A stretch of 49,386 bases of DNA from Erysipelotrichaceae bacterium (GTDB lineage Bacteria; Bacillota; Clostridia; Oscillospirales; CAG-272): assembly GCA_963609805.1 (NCBI GenBank), contig CAVDLN010000003.1:1-49386 (forward strand). The letters run 5' to 3'. Positions within the stretch are counted from its first letter, which is position 1. Every line of letters starts with the position of its first letter. Under the pieces are notes generated by a model that saw only the letters and a program-made list of their open reading frames with translations, made no database searches and had not been told where the DNA came from. The position numbers and the translations under genes are program-made. Below are positions 16,110-25,824 of the stretch, one piece after another.

Positions 16110-17306
16110 ATGGAAAATAATCGGAAATCGAAAACAGGAAGCGTCGGATACGGACGGCATGTGTCCGGCGCGTCGGACTTTCACAGGGCGGCGCACCGCA
16201 CGGACAACGCATATGCGGGCAGCGCAGCACAAAGGCGAGGACGGATGTCCGTACCGACATACGCCGTTGTGATTGCACTGGCAGCGGCGATGCTCCTGCT
16301 GATGACAGGTGTATTTGTGGCCGGCCGGGAGGTCATTTTCGTGGAACGCGAGCAGGACGCTCCCTCCGGGAACAATATTCCCGAGCAGCCTGCCGAAACC
16401 GGCGATTCTATTGCCACGCCGGGCAGTCATCCGTTTGCGGACGGCCCGACGGGGGATGTGACCTTCCCGTATGCCGATGACAGCCGGATTATAGACAAGA
16501 GCAGCATATTGTCCGCGCGTGCCGTTGTGGTGGATCTGTCCTCGGGAGAGGTCATTGCCTCCCGGCTGTCCAACGAAAGAATGTACCCCGCATCGCTGAC
16601 AAAGGTCATGACGCTGATTGTGGCGGTCGAAAATCTGCCGGAGTCCGTCAGCCTGTCCTACAAGGTGACCGTCAGCAGTGAGGTCTACAACGCCATGTAT
16701 CTGGCCGGTGCATCCGGCATGGGGCTTGAGGTGGGCGAACAGCTGACGGTGGAGGCACTGCTGTATATGACCGTTCTCCAGTCGGATGGGATTGCCGCCA
16801 GCGAGCTGGCACGCTACATCGCCGGGGACGAGGAATCCTTTGTCCTGCTGATGAACCGGAAGGCGTCCGCAATGGGATTGGAAAACACGCACTTTTCCAA
16901 TCCGACAGGACTGCAGGACGAGGCGAATTATTCGACCTGCCGCGATATGGCAGCGATCCTGTCCTACGCCATGCAGATGTCGCTTTGCCGCAAGGTGTTG
17001 ACGGCGGCTTCCTACAACGCGTCCTGCACAGCGACGGCGGGGAAGAACGCGGGAAGCAGCTTTACTTACTATGTCACCAACAAATTTCTGTCGCTTCTGT
17101 CGGAGACAAGCGGCAGCAAGCCGGATTCGCTGACCATAACGGCAGGGAAGACGGGGTACGCCGGCAGCAATTCCGGGTACTGTCTCGCAAGCTATGCGGT
17201 CGGCGCGAACGGGCACGCGTACATATGCGTAACCTCCGAGGCGGCCGGGAATTATGTAGCCTGCGTCCGGGATCACGTGGCACTGTACAATGCCTATGCC
17301 GAATAG
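16110..17306 (+). CDS. D-alanyl-D-alanine carboxypeptidase (peptidase S11) family protein
   Basis: N-terminal membrane anchor and SxxK motif in YPASLTKVMT. Confidence 0.8.
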   Translation: MENNRKSKTGSVGYGRHVSGASDFHRAAHRTDNAYAGSAAQRRGRMSVPTYAVVIALAAAMLLLMTGVFVAGREVIFVEREQDAPSGNNIPEQPAETGDSIATPGSHPFADGPTGDVTFPYADDSRIIDKSSILSARAVVVDLSSGEVIASRLSNERMYPASLTKVMTLIVAVENLPESVSLSYKVTVSSEVYNAMYLAGASGMGLEVGEQLTVEALLYMTVLQSDGIAASELARYIAGDEESFVLLMNRKASAMGLENTHFSNPTGLQDEANYSTCRDMAAILSYAMQMSLCRKVLTAASYNASCTATAGKNAGSSFTYYVTNKFLSLLSETSGSKPDSLTITAGKTGYAGSNSGYCLASYAVGANGHAYICVTSEAAGNYVACVRDHVALYNAYAE

Positions 17307-17314
17307 AAATGCAT

Positions 17315-17351
17315 AAAAACAGGAGGCTTCATGAAGAAGCCTCCTGTTTTT
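17315..17351. terminator. Bidirectional intrinsic terminator
   Basis: aaaaa-caggaggcttc-atgaa-gaagcctcctg-ttttt. Confidence 0.75.
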
Positions 17352-17361
17352 ATGTCTGTCG

Positions 17362-19455
17362 TTACTCCTCGTCGGAGTAAACCACGGTATCCTCCGGAAT
17401 CTGCTCGGGCACAGCCTCCTCGGCCTCCCGTGCCTCTTCCAGCAGTGCGCGGATGGAGAGCGCAACCTTCTGCCTCTCGGAGTCGATGTCCAGAATCTTG
17501 GCATCCACAACCTGACCGATTTCCAGCACGTCGGCGGGCTTGCCGATGCGGTGGTCCGCAATCTCGGAAATGTGGATAAGTCCGTCTACACCGTCTACGA
17601 TTTCGGCAAATGCGCCGAAGGGCATCAGGCTCACGATCTTGACGGGAGCCACATCGCCGATTGCGTAGGTGTGCGTGAAGATGTACCAGGGGTTTGTTGC
17701 CTCGGTCTTGTAGCCGAGGGAGATACGCTTCTTCTCCGCATTGAAGCTCTTGACGAACACGGTGATTTCGTCACCGATGGAGACAACATCGGCAGGGCTC
17801 TTGATATGCTTCCAGGACAGCTCGGAGGAGTGAACCATACCGTCCACGCCGCCCAGATCCACGAACGCGCCGTAGCTGGTCATGCTCTTGACCACGCCCT
17901 GATATACCTTGCCTTCCTCGATGTTCTCCCAGAAAGCCTTCTCGCGCGCGTTGCGCTGCTCCTGCAGAACCTTGCGGATGGAACCCTTTGCCTTCTTGTT
18001 TTCCTTGATCTCGATGATCTTCATGGAAACGGTCTGACCCACCAGCGTGTTCAGATCGCCGTCACGCGGCACACCGGAATGTGCGGCGGGAATGAAAACC
18101 TGATTGGAGTTGACAAGAGCAACAACACCGCCCTTGTTAACCAGAATGACCTTGCCTTCGATATTCTCCTGCGTCTCGTAGGCTTCCTCAATCTTCTTCC
18201 AGTTCTTGTCGGAGTCAACGCGCTTTTTGGAAAGTGTAGCGAAGCCGTCGACATCGCTGACACGGATTACGAAAGCCTCTACCTCATCTCCGATTTTAAA
18301 CATCTGATCCAGCTTCGCCGCAGGATCATCCGTGATCTGGTCCAGCTTGATTACGCCGGTCACTTTGGTTCCCAGGTCGAGCTGAATCTCGCCGGGACTG
18401 ACAGCGGTTACAATCCCTACCACGGTATCTCCTGTCTTTATGGTTTTGAGAGCTGATTCTTCCAGCAGCTCGGCGAAGTTCTCGTTCTGTGCCTGTTCGC
18501 TCATGTTGTTTGCAACCTCCTCAATGATATCGCGGGGGGTGGAAGCCCCTGCCACGACGCCCACTTTGCAGCGGGTGCCCGCCTTCCGACGGGATAACGG
18601 AATCTTGTTTTTCAGCTCATCGGCCCGCTCGATCCACACGGTGTCAGCACAAATGTTTTTGCATATCGAAAAAAGTTTGGCAGAGTTCGAACTGTCTCTG
18701 CCTCCAATCACGATTATGAGATCACATTCGCGTGCGAGAGCGGCGGCTTCCTGCTGCCTCGATTCCGTCACACTGCATATTGTATCAAAAATGAGCGAAT
18801 TTGTAAAGAGGTTTTTGAGAAATTTTTTCGATAATTCCCATTCTCCGAGGTTATGCGTGGTCTGTGCGACCATAACCGGCGTCATACCCGCCCACCGCTT
18901 CCGGTTGTCCGCGTCGGTCAGCAGCGCTTCCAATTCCGCCGCCGAGGAGAACACATGCTTTTCCCCTTCAAACCGGCTGAGAAAACCGATCACCTCCGGG
19001 TGGTTTGCGGATCCGAGCACCAGCAGAAACCGGTCATCCTGTCCGCGGGTTTCCCGGGCTGCCCGGCAGAGAGCGGATTGCTCCGCGCAGACGCGGTGAA
19101 TTTTCTTGACAAAGGAGCAGGTGCAGTCCGCATAGGTAAAGTACGGGTTTCCCGCGGCACAGGCACGCAGCAGATTTTCCGTTTCCGCCGTCATGCCGTG
19201 GGCGCGGACAAACACACGGACAGGCGCTCCCTCCCGTGCCTCGCCGCACAGGCGCGGGATGTCACCGGTTTCGATTACCTCCACGCCGCATCCGCGCAGG
19301 CGCGCGGTATAGGTTTCGTTGTGAATCAGCCGCCCGAGCGTGAAAATGCGCTCCCCCGGCACATGCGCGGCGATTTCCTTCTCGACCGCCTCGGTTGCAC
19401 GGGCAACGCCGAAGCAGAAACCCGCGCCCTTGGCAACAACAACCTCCGTGCTCAC
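17362..19455 (-). CDS. ispH: Bifunctional 4-hydroxy-3-methylbut-2-enyl diphosphate reductase (IspH) fused to ribosomal protein S1 repeats
   Basis: N-terminal half is IspH/LytB-like (GFCFGVARA...). The C-terminal half has four S1 repeats (for example GKVYQGVVKSMTSYGAFVDLG). This fusion is well known in Clostridia. GTG start with a GTGA overlap onto plsC. Confidence 0.9.
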   Translation of the reverse strand: MSTEVVVAKGAGFCFGVARATEAVEKEIAAHVPGERIFTLGRLIHNETYTARLRGCGVEVIETGDIPRLCGEAREGAPVRVFVRAHGMTAETENLLRACAAGNPYFTYADCTCSFVKKIHRVCAEQSALCRAARETRGQDDRFLLVLGSANHPEVIGFLSRFEGEKHVFSSAAELEALLTDADNRKRWAGMTPVMVAQTTHNLGEWELSKKFLKNLFTNSLIFDTICSVTESRQQEAAALARECDLIIVIGGRDSSNSAKLFSICKNICADTVWIERADELKNKIPLSRRKAGTRCKVGVVAGASTPRDIIEEVANNMSEQAQNENFAELLEESALKTIKTGDTVVGIVTAVSPGEIQLDLGTKVTGVIKLDQITDDPAAKLDQMFKIGDEVEAFVIRVSDVDGFATLSKKRVDSDKNWKKIEEAYETQENIEGKVILVNKGGVVALVNSNQVFIPAAHSGVPRDGDLNTLVGQTVSMKIIEIKENKKAKGSIRKVLQEQRNAREKAFWENIEEGKVYQGVVKSMTSYGAFVDLGGVDGMVHSSELSWKHIKSPADVVSIGDEITVFVKSFNAEKKRISLGYKTEATNPWYIFTHTYAIGDVAPVKIVSLMPFGAFAEIVDGVDGLIHISEIADHRIGKPADVLEIGQVVDAKILDIDSERQKVALSIRALLEEAREAEEAVPEQIPEDTVVYSDEE

Positions 19456-20141
19456 GGCGTATCGTCCCCCAGCGCGCAGACGCGCTCAAACGCCATGCGG
19501 ATGATGCGGTCGTATTCGCCCGGAACCTCCGGATTATATTGCATTTCCTCCGCCGTGATGGGCTTGCCGATGATAATCTGCTTGCGGCAGAAGGCACGCA
19601 TACGGTTGTCCGGCACCTTGATGAAAACGGGCAGAATGGGAACGCCCGCCCGCAGGGCTATCATAGCTGCGCCGGCGTGAATTTTGGTCGTGCGGGGATC
19701 CGCACCGTTGTTCCGATGTCCCTGCGGGAACATGCCGACGGTTTTGCCGTCCTCCAGCATCCGGATGGTGTGACGGATGGCGGCAACGTCCGCACCGCCG
19801 CGGTTGACGGGATATGCGCCCAGCGCCCGTATCATCCAGTTGAATACCGGGATGCGGAACAGCTCCTTTTTGGCCATAAAATGCGGCTGCTGCTGGCGCA
19901 GGGAGGCGCAGAGAAAGATGGGATCCCGCCATGTCAGGTGGTTGCAGATGACCAGATAGGAGCCCTCCCCGCGGCGCGGTTCGTTTTCCCGTCCCGTTAC
20001 CCGAACGCGGTGAAACAGGCGGACAGGGCCTGCAAACAGGGCGTGCACGACCTTGTACAGCCCGCTGCGGCAGTGCTTCCGATTGCGCGCGCGGCGCTCC
20101 TCCTCGGTCGGCACAGCGGTTTCCGTGCTGTTTGTGCTCAC
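19452..20141 (-). CDS. plsC: 1-acyl-sn-glycerol-3-phosphate acyltransferase
   Basis: HX4D motif NHLTWRD and an FPQGHR block. GTG start overlaps the cmk stop. Confidence 0.85.
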   Translation of the reverse strand: MSTNSTETAVPTEEERRARNRKHCRSGLYKVVHALFAGPVRLFHRVRVTGRENEPRRGEGSYLVICNHLTWRDPIFLCASLRQQQPHFMAKKELFRIPVFNWMIRALGAYPVNRGGADVAAIRHTIRMLEDGKTVGMFPQGHRNNGADPRTTKIHAGAAMIALRAGVPILPVFIKVPDNRMRAFCRKQIIIGKPITAEEMQYNPEVPGEYDRIIRMAFERVCALGDDTP

Positions 20142-20827
20142 AGGCTCAACCCCTTTCCGTTGGCTTTTTCGCGGATTATCTTCAGAATTGCCTCCACGCT
20201 CTCCTCAAAGGTCAGATCCGAGTTGTCGAGCAGGACGGCATCGGGAGCCGCAATAGCCGGGGAAACCGCGCGGGTGCGGTCCTCCTCGTCCCGCCTGTTC
20301 ATGTCGGCGAGGACGGTTTCGTACTCCACGGGCATTCCCTTCTCCTTCAGTTCGGCGACACGGCGTCGTGCGCGGGCCTCGTTGGAGGCGGTCAGGAAGA
20401 TTTTGACCTGCGCGTCCGGCAGAATGACCGTGCCGATGTCCCGCCCGTCCATGATGACGCTGCACTCCCGTGCGATGCGGCGCTGCGTGTCCAGCAGGAA
20501 CGCGCGGACGGGGGGCAGGGCGGCCACGGCAGAGGCGTACAGGGAGATTTCGTTTTCACGTATGCGGTCGCCCAGATTTTCACCGTTCAGAAAAACATTC
20601 TGAACGCCGTCCGTATACCGTACTTCCACATGGATATCGTTCAGCCTGTCCGTTATGGGGGAGACATCCGGGAGGAGAATGCCCTGCGAGCGGGCGTAGT
20701 AGCCTACGGTGCGGTACAGCGCGCCCGTGTCCACGTACACTATGCCGAGCCGTGCGGCAACGGCCTTGGATATGGTGGATTTACCGGCCCCGCTGGGACC
20801 GTCTACGGCGATTTGTATGTGCTGCAT
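20138..20827 (-). CDS. cmk: Cytidylate kinase
   Basis: IAVDGPSGAGKSTISK P-loop and typical length. The start is at ATG 20827 rather than at the longer ORF. Confidence 0.9.
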   Translation of the reverse strand: MQHIQIAVDGPSGAGKSTISKAVAARLGIVYVDTGALYRTVGYYARSQGILLPDVSPITDRLNDIHVEVRYTDGVQNVFLNGENLGDRIRENEISLYASAVAALPPVRAFLLDTQRRIARECSVIMDGRDIGTVILPDAQVKIFLTASNEARARRRVAELKEKGMPVEYETVLADMNRRDEEDRTRAVSPAIAAPDAVLLDNSDLTFEESVEAILKIIREKANGKGLSL

Positions 20828-20898
20828 GATGGTGGTACCTCTTTCTTTGTCGATGCTTCTATTATACCCCATATGCGGGATAAATGCAATAGGCGAAA

Positions 20899-20950
20899 GA
20901 AAAAACGCGGGGGAGCGGCAAAACACGTTCCCGGGTTTTGCCGCTCCCCC
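20899..20950 (-). terminator. Intrinsic terminator after the EEP-domain gene
   Basis: gggggagcggcaaaac/gttttgccgctccccc 16-bp stem followed by a T-run on the minus strand. Confidence 0.7.
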
Positions 20951-20976
20951 GCCTGCGGACATGAACCGCCCTGCCG

Positions 20977-23229
20977 TCAGGGCAGAATGGTCACATCGGC
21001 GTAAATTGCGTAGTGGTCAGACGGCAGAATGGTCTTGCTCTTCTTTTTCGTCGGGTATTCGGTGGTAACAATATCGTATTTCGAGCAGTAGGCACTGTCG
21101 GAACGGATAAAGATATGATCCAGTATGGTGGCACTGGGATTCTTGGCGAACTTGTGGAAGGTTCCTCTCTCGGCAGGTGCCGTGACGGCGGCCGTATAGC
21201 GCGCGTCCACACAGCTCTCCATGTACACATTATACGGTGCGGAATTGGGAGCGCAGTTCATATCGCCGACAATCACGTAAGGCATATCCGGGAACAGCTT
21301 GTTCAGCTGCTCAATCAGGACAGCGGCCTGCTTTCTGCGGAGAACTGCTCCCGTTGCCGTATCGCAGGCGTTGTACGCAAGGTGCGTGGAGCAGAACACA
21401 AATTCCGTGCCGGTTTCCTTGTCGCGGAACAGGGCGTACACAGCTTTGCGCGAATAGAAGCGGGATTCTCCGGGATGCTGCTCCATGGCTTCCTCCGCCT
21501 CCGGGAACAGCGAGCCCTGCACATCGGGTGTCGGGGACAGCCAGCGCACCTCGCTGCGCACCAGCTCCAGCCTCTCCTTCCGGTAGGCGATATAAATGCC
21601 CTCCTCGCCGGTTCCGGAGACCTCGTCCGAGCCGATTACACCGTATACTTCCGTGAATTTCTTCTTGGCAGTCATGTATTTGTACTGTACCAGACGGCAC
21701 TCGGACAGTCCGCACACATCCGGCAGCAGATCCAGCAGCATCTCGATGCTCGCATCCATCCGTTCCGTGTACGTCAGGGAGCCGTACAGTTCGGTGGTGC
21801 GCTCGGTCGAGGTTCCGGAGACCAGCACGTTGAAAGACATGGCGCGGATATCCAGCGCACTCTTTCCCAGCGCGGCGCATGCCTCCAGCATGGCTGCATC
21901 CTCGGAGTCGGCGTACTTTTTGACGACTTTTGCCGCCGTGCGCGCTATGCTGACACGCTGCGGCTGCGTCATGTGCGTATACACCTGCCCGCCGATGGTA
22001 TAGCGGACATAGGCACGGCACATATAAGCCTGCGACGCCGCCTCGCCGAGCAGCTGGGCACGGTAGGTCGATCCGGTTTCATCGGAGGATACCTTCTCCG
22101 CCGGGATATCTGTTACGCCCGCCGTGGATGCGTCGAAGGTGTCACCGCAGTCCTCCTCCGGCATCAGCAGAACGCCGCAGGAAACCTCCGAGGCGGCTGC
22201 CGTCAGTTCGTTGTCCGTAAGGCTCGTATAAATGCGAAGACCGGGAGTCCCGCTGTAGCGCGCGGATGTTCCCTCTATAGCAAGCGGCCGGGTCAGCTCG
22301 GCGGCCTCATCGGGGGTCATGCTGTCCGTGACGCGCTTGCTGACCGTGACATCCGTAATCTGGACTGCCCATTGGGTGGACTGTTCCGATTTATACAGAA
22401 GCATGATCGGAGCGTCCTTCCACATGGCGTAGGAAGTGGAAATCAGCTGGTCATCGATGTAGCTCTCGATCTTTGCGGTGTAGGTCTTGCCGCCCTGCTC
22501 GTATTCGCCCTTTGTGCAGCGCACGGAGGTATACAGCGAGTCGTTGGCGTATCCCGCGTCGCTTATCACGTGCTTGGTTTCAGGATCGGCGCATTCGTAG
22601 TCGGTCTGCTGTCCGCCGTAAACGGTATAGGCGGCGCCGGAGTTCAGCATGGCACCGGTGTAGCCGGCAAACGCATAGTTGTCGTACCCGCCGAAGTAGG
22701 TAACGCCGTCCTGCTCCGTGCCGCCGTCATAGAACAGGGCAAGGCCCAGAAGGCCGCCGGCAGGCTTGTGGACGCGCGCAATATACGACACGGTGAACTC
22801 GTCCGTATCGGAAAGACTGCCCGCGGGGAACAGCGTAATCAGTCCCTGCACGCTTTTCCCCGTTGCCGCGATAATGCTCAGCGTGGAGGCGGAGCGCGTT
22901 TCGGAGGAGTGGTTGCCCAAAAGAGTCAGCGTCTTGGAGGCGACTTTGTACTCCTTTATTGTAGCGGCGCCGTTCGGCGTAATGGCGGCGTCGTATACGC
23001 TGTTCAGCGGCAGAAGACCGTCCTCACGGGGAGAGGCGTTGCCTGCCTGCAGGGTTTCCGCCGTTTCCCCGCTGAAGGTTTCCTCATATACGGTTTCCAT
23101 ATGGCTTACGTCCAGGGTGGCGCCGCCGTCGGCACGTACGGCGACGGGCAGCGAGGGCAGAAGCATCAGCACCGCCAGCAGAACGCACAGCGCGGGAGCC
23201 GCTTTTCTTCTCATTTTCAGGTGTGTCAT
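20977..23229 (-). CDS. Secreted protein with a large N-terminal region of unknown function and a C-terminal endonuclease/exonuclease/phosphatase (EEP) domain
   Basis: Signal peptide MRRKAAPALCVLLAVLMLLPSLPVAVRA. The last ~300 aa carry EEP-type blocks (MSFNVL..., ...GDMNC..., LPSDHYAIYADV). Confidence 0.7.
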   Translation of the reverse strand: MTHLKMRRKAAPALCVLLAVLMLLPSLPVAVRADGGATLDVSHMETVYEETFSGETAETLQAGNASPREDGLLPLNSVYDAAITPNGAATIKEYKVASKTLTLLGNHSSETRSASTLSIIAATGKSVQGLITLFPAGSLSDTDEFTVSYIARVHKPAGGLLGLALFYDGGTEQDGVTYFGGYDNYAFAGYTGAMLNSGAAYTVYGGQQTDYECADPETKHVISDAGYANDSLYTSVRCTKGEYEQGGKTYTAKIESYIDDQLISTSYAMWKDAPIMLLYKSEQSTQWAVQITDVTVSKRVTDSMTPDEAAELTRPLAIEGTSARYSGTPGLRIYTSLTDNELTAAASEVSCGVLLMPEEDCGDTFDASTAGVTDIPAEKVSSDETGSTYRAQLLGEAASQAYMCRAYVRYTIGGQVYTHMTQPQRVSIARTAAKVVKKYADSEDAAMLEACAALGKSALDIRAMSFNVLVSGTSTERTTELYGSLTYTERMDASIEMLLDLLPDVCGLSECRLVQYKYMTAKKKFTEVYGVIGSDEVSGTGEEGIYIAYRKERLELVRSEVRWLSPTPDVQGSLFPEAEEAMEQHPGESRFYSRKAVYALFRDKETGTEFVFCSTHLAYNACDTATGAVLRRKQAAVLIEQLNKLFPDMPYVIVGDMNCAPNSAPYNVYMESCVDARYTAAVTAPAERGTFHKFAKNPSATILDHIFIRSDSAYCSKYDIVTTEYPTKKKSKTILPSDHYAIYADVTILP

Positions 23230-23241
23230 AACATCCCCTCC

Positions 23242-23493
23242 TTACACGATCGGAGTCCAGAAGCTCTCCGGATCCTCCGTTTCGGTGTCCTCGGCCGTCT
23301 GACTTTCGGTTTCCGTCTGCGACTCGCTGTCGGCGGATTCCGTATCCGACGGATTCTCCACGCCGGACGTCTCGGTCTGTGCGGTGTCCTGCGCCGGTTC
23401 TGTCGGAGTTTCCTCGTCATTGCAGGAGGAAAAAACGGCAAAAAGAACGCAAAGGAGCAGACACAGGATGGCGGTAAGGCCTGCTTTTCTCAT
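23242..23493 (-). CDS. Small acidic lipoprotein
   Basis: MRKAGLTAILCLLLCVLFAVFSSC gives a signal peptide plus lipobox. The rest is T/E/S/D-rich. It lies 12 nt upstream of the EEP gene. GGAGG RBS. Confidence 0.6.
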   Translation of the reverse strand: MRKAGLTAILCLLLCVLFAVFSSCNDEETPTEPAQDTAQTETSGVENPSDTESADSESQTETESQTAEDTETEDPESFWTPIV

Positions 23494-23669
23494 GATAAAA
23501 CCTCCCATGAACAAATTGTGTCAACTTGTGTCAGCCTAATTATACAGGAATTCCGGACAATTTGCAATAGAAAAAAGCTAAAAAGAACAATTTTGCAAAA
23601 GAGGAGGGGGCAGGCACCGTTATTTACGGAAACGCTGCCGAATAAATTGGCATTTCCTTAAAAACGCCC

Positions 23670-23698
23670 TTGACAAGGCGGCTGCCGTATGTTATAAT
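23670..23698 (+). promoter_or_regulatory. Consensus sigma-A promoter for tRNA-Ala
   Basis: TTGACA, 17-nt spacer, TATAAT. Confidence 0.7.
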
Positions 23699-23732
23699 CA
23701 TAGACAGTCAAGGAGCTTTTCGGAGTTCATCC

Positions 23733-23808
<76 letters not shown>

Positions 23809-23817
23809 AAGAAAGAT

Positions 23818-23864
23818 AATCCGAACCTCAGACCGATCGGTCGGGGGTTCGGATTTCTTGTTTT
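23818..23864 (+). terminator. Intrinsic terminator after tRNA-Ala
   Basis: aatccgaacc...ggttcggatt outer stem around the inner palindrome gaccgatcggtc, followed by tcttgtttt. Confidence 0.7.
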
Positions 23865-23964
23865 ATTCGGAATATTTGTTATAGGGTCACGTGGGGGTTA
23901 TATCATTGAAAATCGCCATGAAAAGTGTGAACCGGTCCCCCGGCTTGCACAAAGCCGGCAGGGA

Positions 23965-24537
23965 TCAGAACGGCAGAACGCCGAGGTGCTCCAGCAGGAT
24001 TTTCAGTCCGATAAGAATCAGAATGGCACCACCCGCTATGACGGCACGGTTCTTGTATTTCAGGCCGAACACATTGCCGATTTTCAGACCGACGCCGGAC
24101 AGAAGGAAGGTGATGACGCCGATGATTCCGACAGACCACCCGATGCCGACTGTCGGGGGAGTCAGCGCGAAGGTAACGCCGACCGCCAGCGCGTCAATGC
24201 TGGTCGCCACGGCCAGCAGCAGCATGGTTTTGAAAGAGAAGGAGTCATTGACCTTCTCGCTCTCGCCGGAGATGCCCTCCCGGAGCATGTTTCCGCCGAT
24301 CAGGGCCAGCAGGATAAAGGCGATCCAGTGGTCGAATCTGGTGATGTAGGAGGCGAAGGTCGAGCCGAGCAGCCAGCCCAGCGTCGGCATCAGCGCCTGA
24401 AACCCGCCGAACCACGCACCGATAATCAAATAGTGGCGGGGACGCAGCTGCTGTGTGGACAGCCCCTTGCAGACGGAAACGGCGAAAGCGTCCATGGACA
24501 GTCCCACGGCAAGCAGGAGAAGTTCGATAAGGCTCAT
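23965..24537 (-). CDS. mntP: Manganese efflux pump MntP
   Basis: Six TM segments with two internal repeats (LSMDAFAVS and TSIDALAVG). Confidence 0.9.
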   Translation of the reverse strand: MSLIELLLLAVGLSMDAFAVSVCKGLSTQQLRPRHYLIIGAWFGGFQALMPTLGWLLGSTFASYITRFDHWIAFILLALIGGNMLREGISGESEKVNDSFSFKTMLLLAVATSIDALAVGVTFALTPPTVGIGWSVGIIGVITFLLSGVGLKIGNVFGLKYKNRAVIAGGAILILIGLKILLEHLGVLPF

Positions 24538-24554
24538 AGTAAAGATATACCTCC

Positions 24555-24730
24555 AAAAAAAATCGCTTCGGGCACAACGTACCCGAAGCGATTTTTGCCC
24601 AAGTACGGTATGCCATACTTGAGTCTCGCTGTTTCAGACAAGCCAGACAGGAACCTTCCTGTCAGTCTGTTGACTTGCCGCCGCACGCCCGACAATCAGA
24701 GCACACGGTCACCTACTCCCTCAAACAGCA
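24555..24730 (-). promoter_or_regulatory. yybP-ykoY (Mn2+) riboswitch with a terminator expression platform
   Basis: The minus-strand RNA has GCUGUUUGAGGGAGUAGGU...GUCAACA...GGCUUGUCUGAAACAGC (P1 pairing GCUGUUU/AAACAGC). This is followed by the terminator aaaaucgcuucggg/cccgaagcgauuuu plus a U-run (24555..24597), then GGAGG and the mntP ATG. Confidence 0.75.
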
Positions 24731-24733
24731 CAC

Positions 24734-24762
24734 ATTATAACACACGATAAACGGGATGTCAA
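24734..24762 (-). promoter_or_regulatory. Consensus sigma-A promoter for the riboswitch-mntP transcript
   Basis: Minus strand TTGACA, 17-nt spacer, TATAAT. Confidence 0.7.
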
Positions 24763-24794
24763 GCTTTTTTGAGGAGGAGAGGCGGTACGGCGGG

Positions 24795-25805
24795 TCAAAA
24801 GTAGAATTCCGTTTTCACGTCGCGGGAGAACAGCGACTGCAGCTCGGAGGACGGATCCGCCGCCTCGTACAGAATGCGGTACACGGCTCGGCAGATGGGC
24901 AGATCCACACCGTAGCGGCTGCCGAGCAGGCACATGGCGCGCACGGTGGCATAGCCTTCGGCAAGCTCGGCATACGGCTTGTGCGTGACCCATGCCTCCC
25001 CGAAGGCCCGGTTGTGGCTGAAGGGGGAGAAAACAGTTGCCTCGTAGTCCCCGAGGTGGCACAGTCCGTAGGCGGACAGTTCATTTCCGCCCATCGCGCG
25101 GATCAGGCGGGCGATCTCCCGTGTTCCGCGCGACATCAGTGCACCCTTGAGCGTTGTCAGATGCATGCCGTCCAGCATGCCGGCGGCTATGCCGATTACG
25201 TTTTTGGAGGCGGCTCCGATTTCGCTGCCCAGCAGATCTTCCCCGTAGTAGAACCGGATCAGATTGCCCGAGAAGGCATCTACCAGCCGCTGTTTCACGC
25301 TGTCGTCCTTGCTGTCTATGACCATGCAGTTGGGTATGCCCGCGTAGAATTCCTGCACATGGCCGGGACCGACCCACACCGCTATGCGGCAGGACGGGTC
25401 GAGTGCCGCTTCCGCTATTTCGGACAGCCGCAGCCCCGTGTCCGCCTCAACGCCCTTCATGCACAGCACCACAATGCGGTTGCGCAGGGAAAGCGGACGC
25501 AGCTCCTCCGTCAGCCCGCGCAGCCCCTGTGCGCCTATGGATATGATGATAACCTCCCGTCCGTCCAGCGCCCCGGCAAGGTCGCAGGACAGCTGCACGC
25601 TGTCCGGCAGGGTCAGAAGGTCGTTCCTCCGCTCCCGCAGGAAGCGCTGCATGTGCGCGGAATCCGGCCGTCCGTACAGCGTTACGTCCAGCCCGCGGCA
25701 GGACGACAGGTACCATGCTATGAGGGATCCCCATCTTCCGCAGCCGATTACCGCGACGCGCCCGATCCCCCGGATTTCTTTTTCCAGACTTTGATTTTTC
25801 GACAT
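24795..25805 (-). CDS. gpsA: NAD(P)H-dependent glycerol-3-phosphate dehydrogenase
   Basis: VAVIGCGRWGS dinucleotide-binding motif with GpsA-like length and blocks. The start is at ATG 25805. Confidence 0.9.
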   Translation of the reverse strand: MSKNQSLEKEIRGIGRVAVIGCGRWGSLIAWYLSSCRGLDVTLYGRPDSAHMQRFLRERRNDLLTLPDSVQLSCDLAGALDGREVIIISIGAQGLRGLTEELRPLSLRNRIVVLCMKGVEADTGLRLSEIAEAALDPSCRIAVWVGPGHVQEFYAGIPNCMVIDSKDDSVKQRLVDAFSGNLIRFYYGEDLLGSEIGAASKNVIGIAAGMLDGMHLTTLKGALMSRGTREIARLIRAMGGNELSAYGLCHLGDYEATVFSPFSHNRAFGEAWVTHKPYAELAEGYATVRAMCLLGSRYGVDLPICRAVYRILYEAADPSSELQSLFSRDVKTEFYF

Positions 25806-25824
25806 GTTATCCGAATCTCCCAAA

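Noticed and set aside
16071-17561. 496-aa ORF on the minus strand
   Set aside because: Antisense to the D-Ala-D-Ala carboxypeptidase gene (which has an SxxK motif), and it runs across a bidirectional terminator.
17362-19455. IspH::S1 fusion as a novelty
   Set aside because: This bifunctional fusion and its cmk-plsC neighbourhood are well documented in Clostridia, so it is annotated as an ordinary feature.
21013-23661. 882-aa ORF on the plus strand
   Set aside because: It is entirely antisense to the signal-peptide-bearing EEP gene and the lipoprotein gene. It is Arg/Gly/Ala-rich, has no RBS and no recognisable motifs. This is a typical stop-poor shadow frame in GC-rich DNA.
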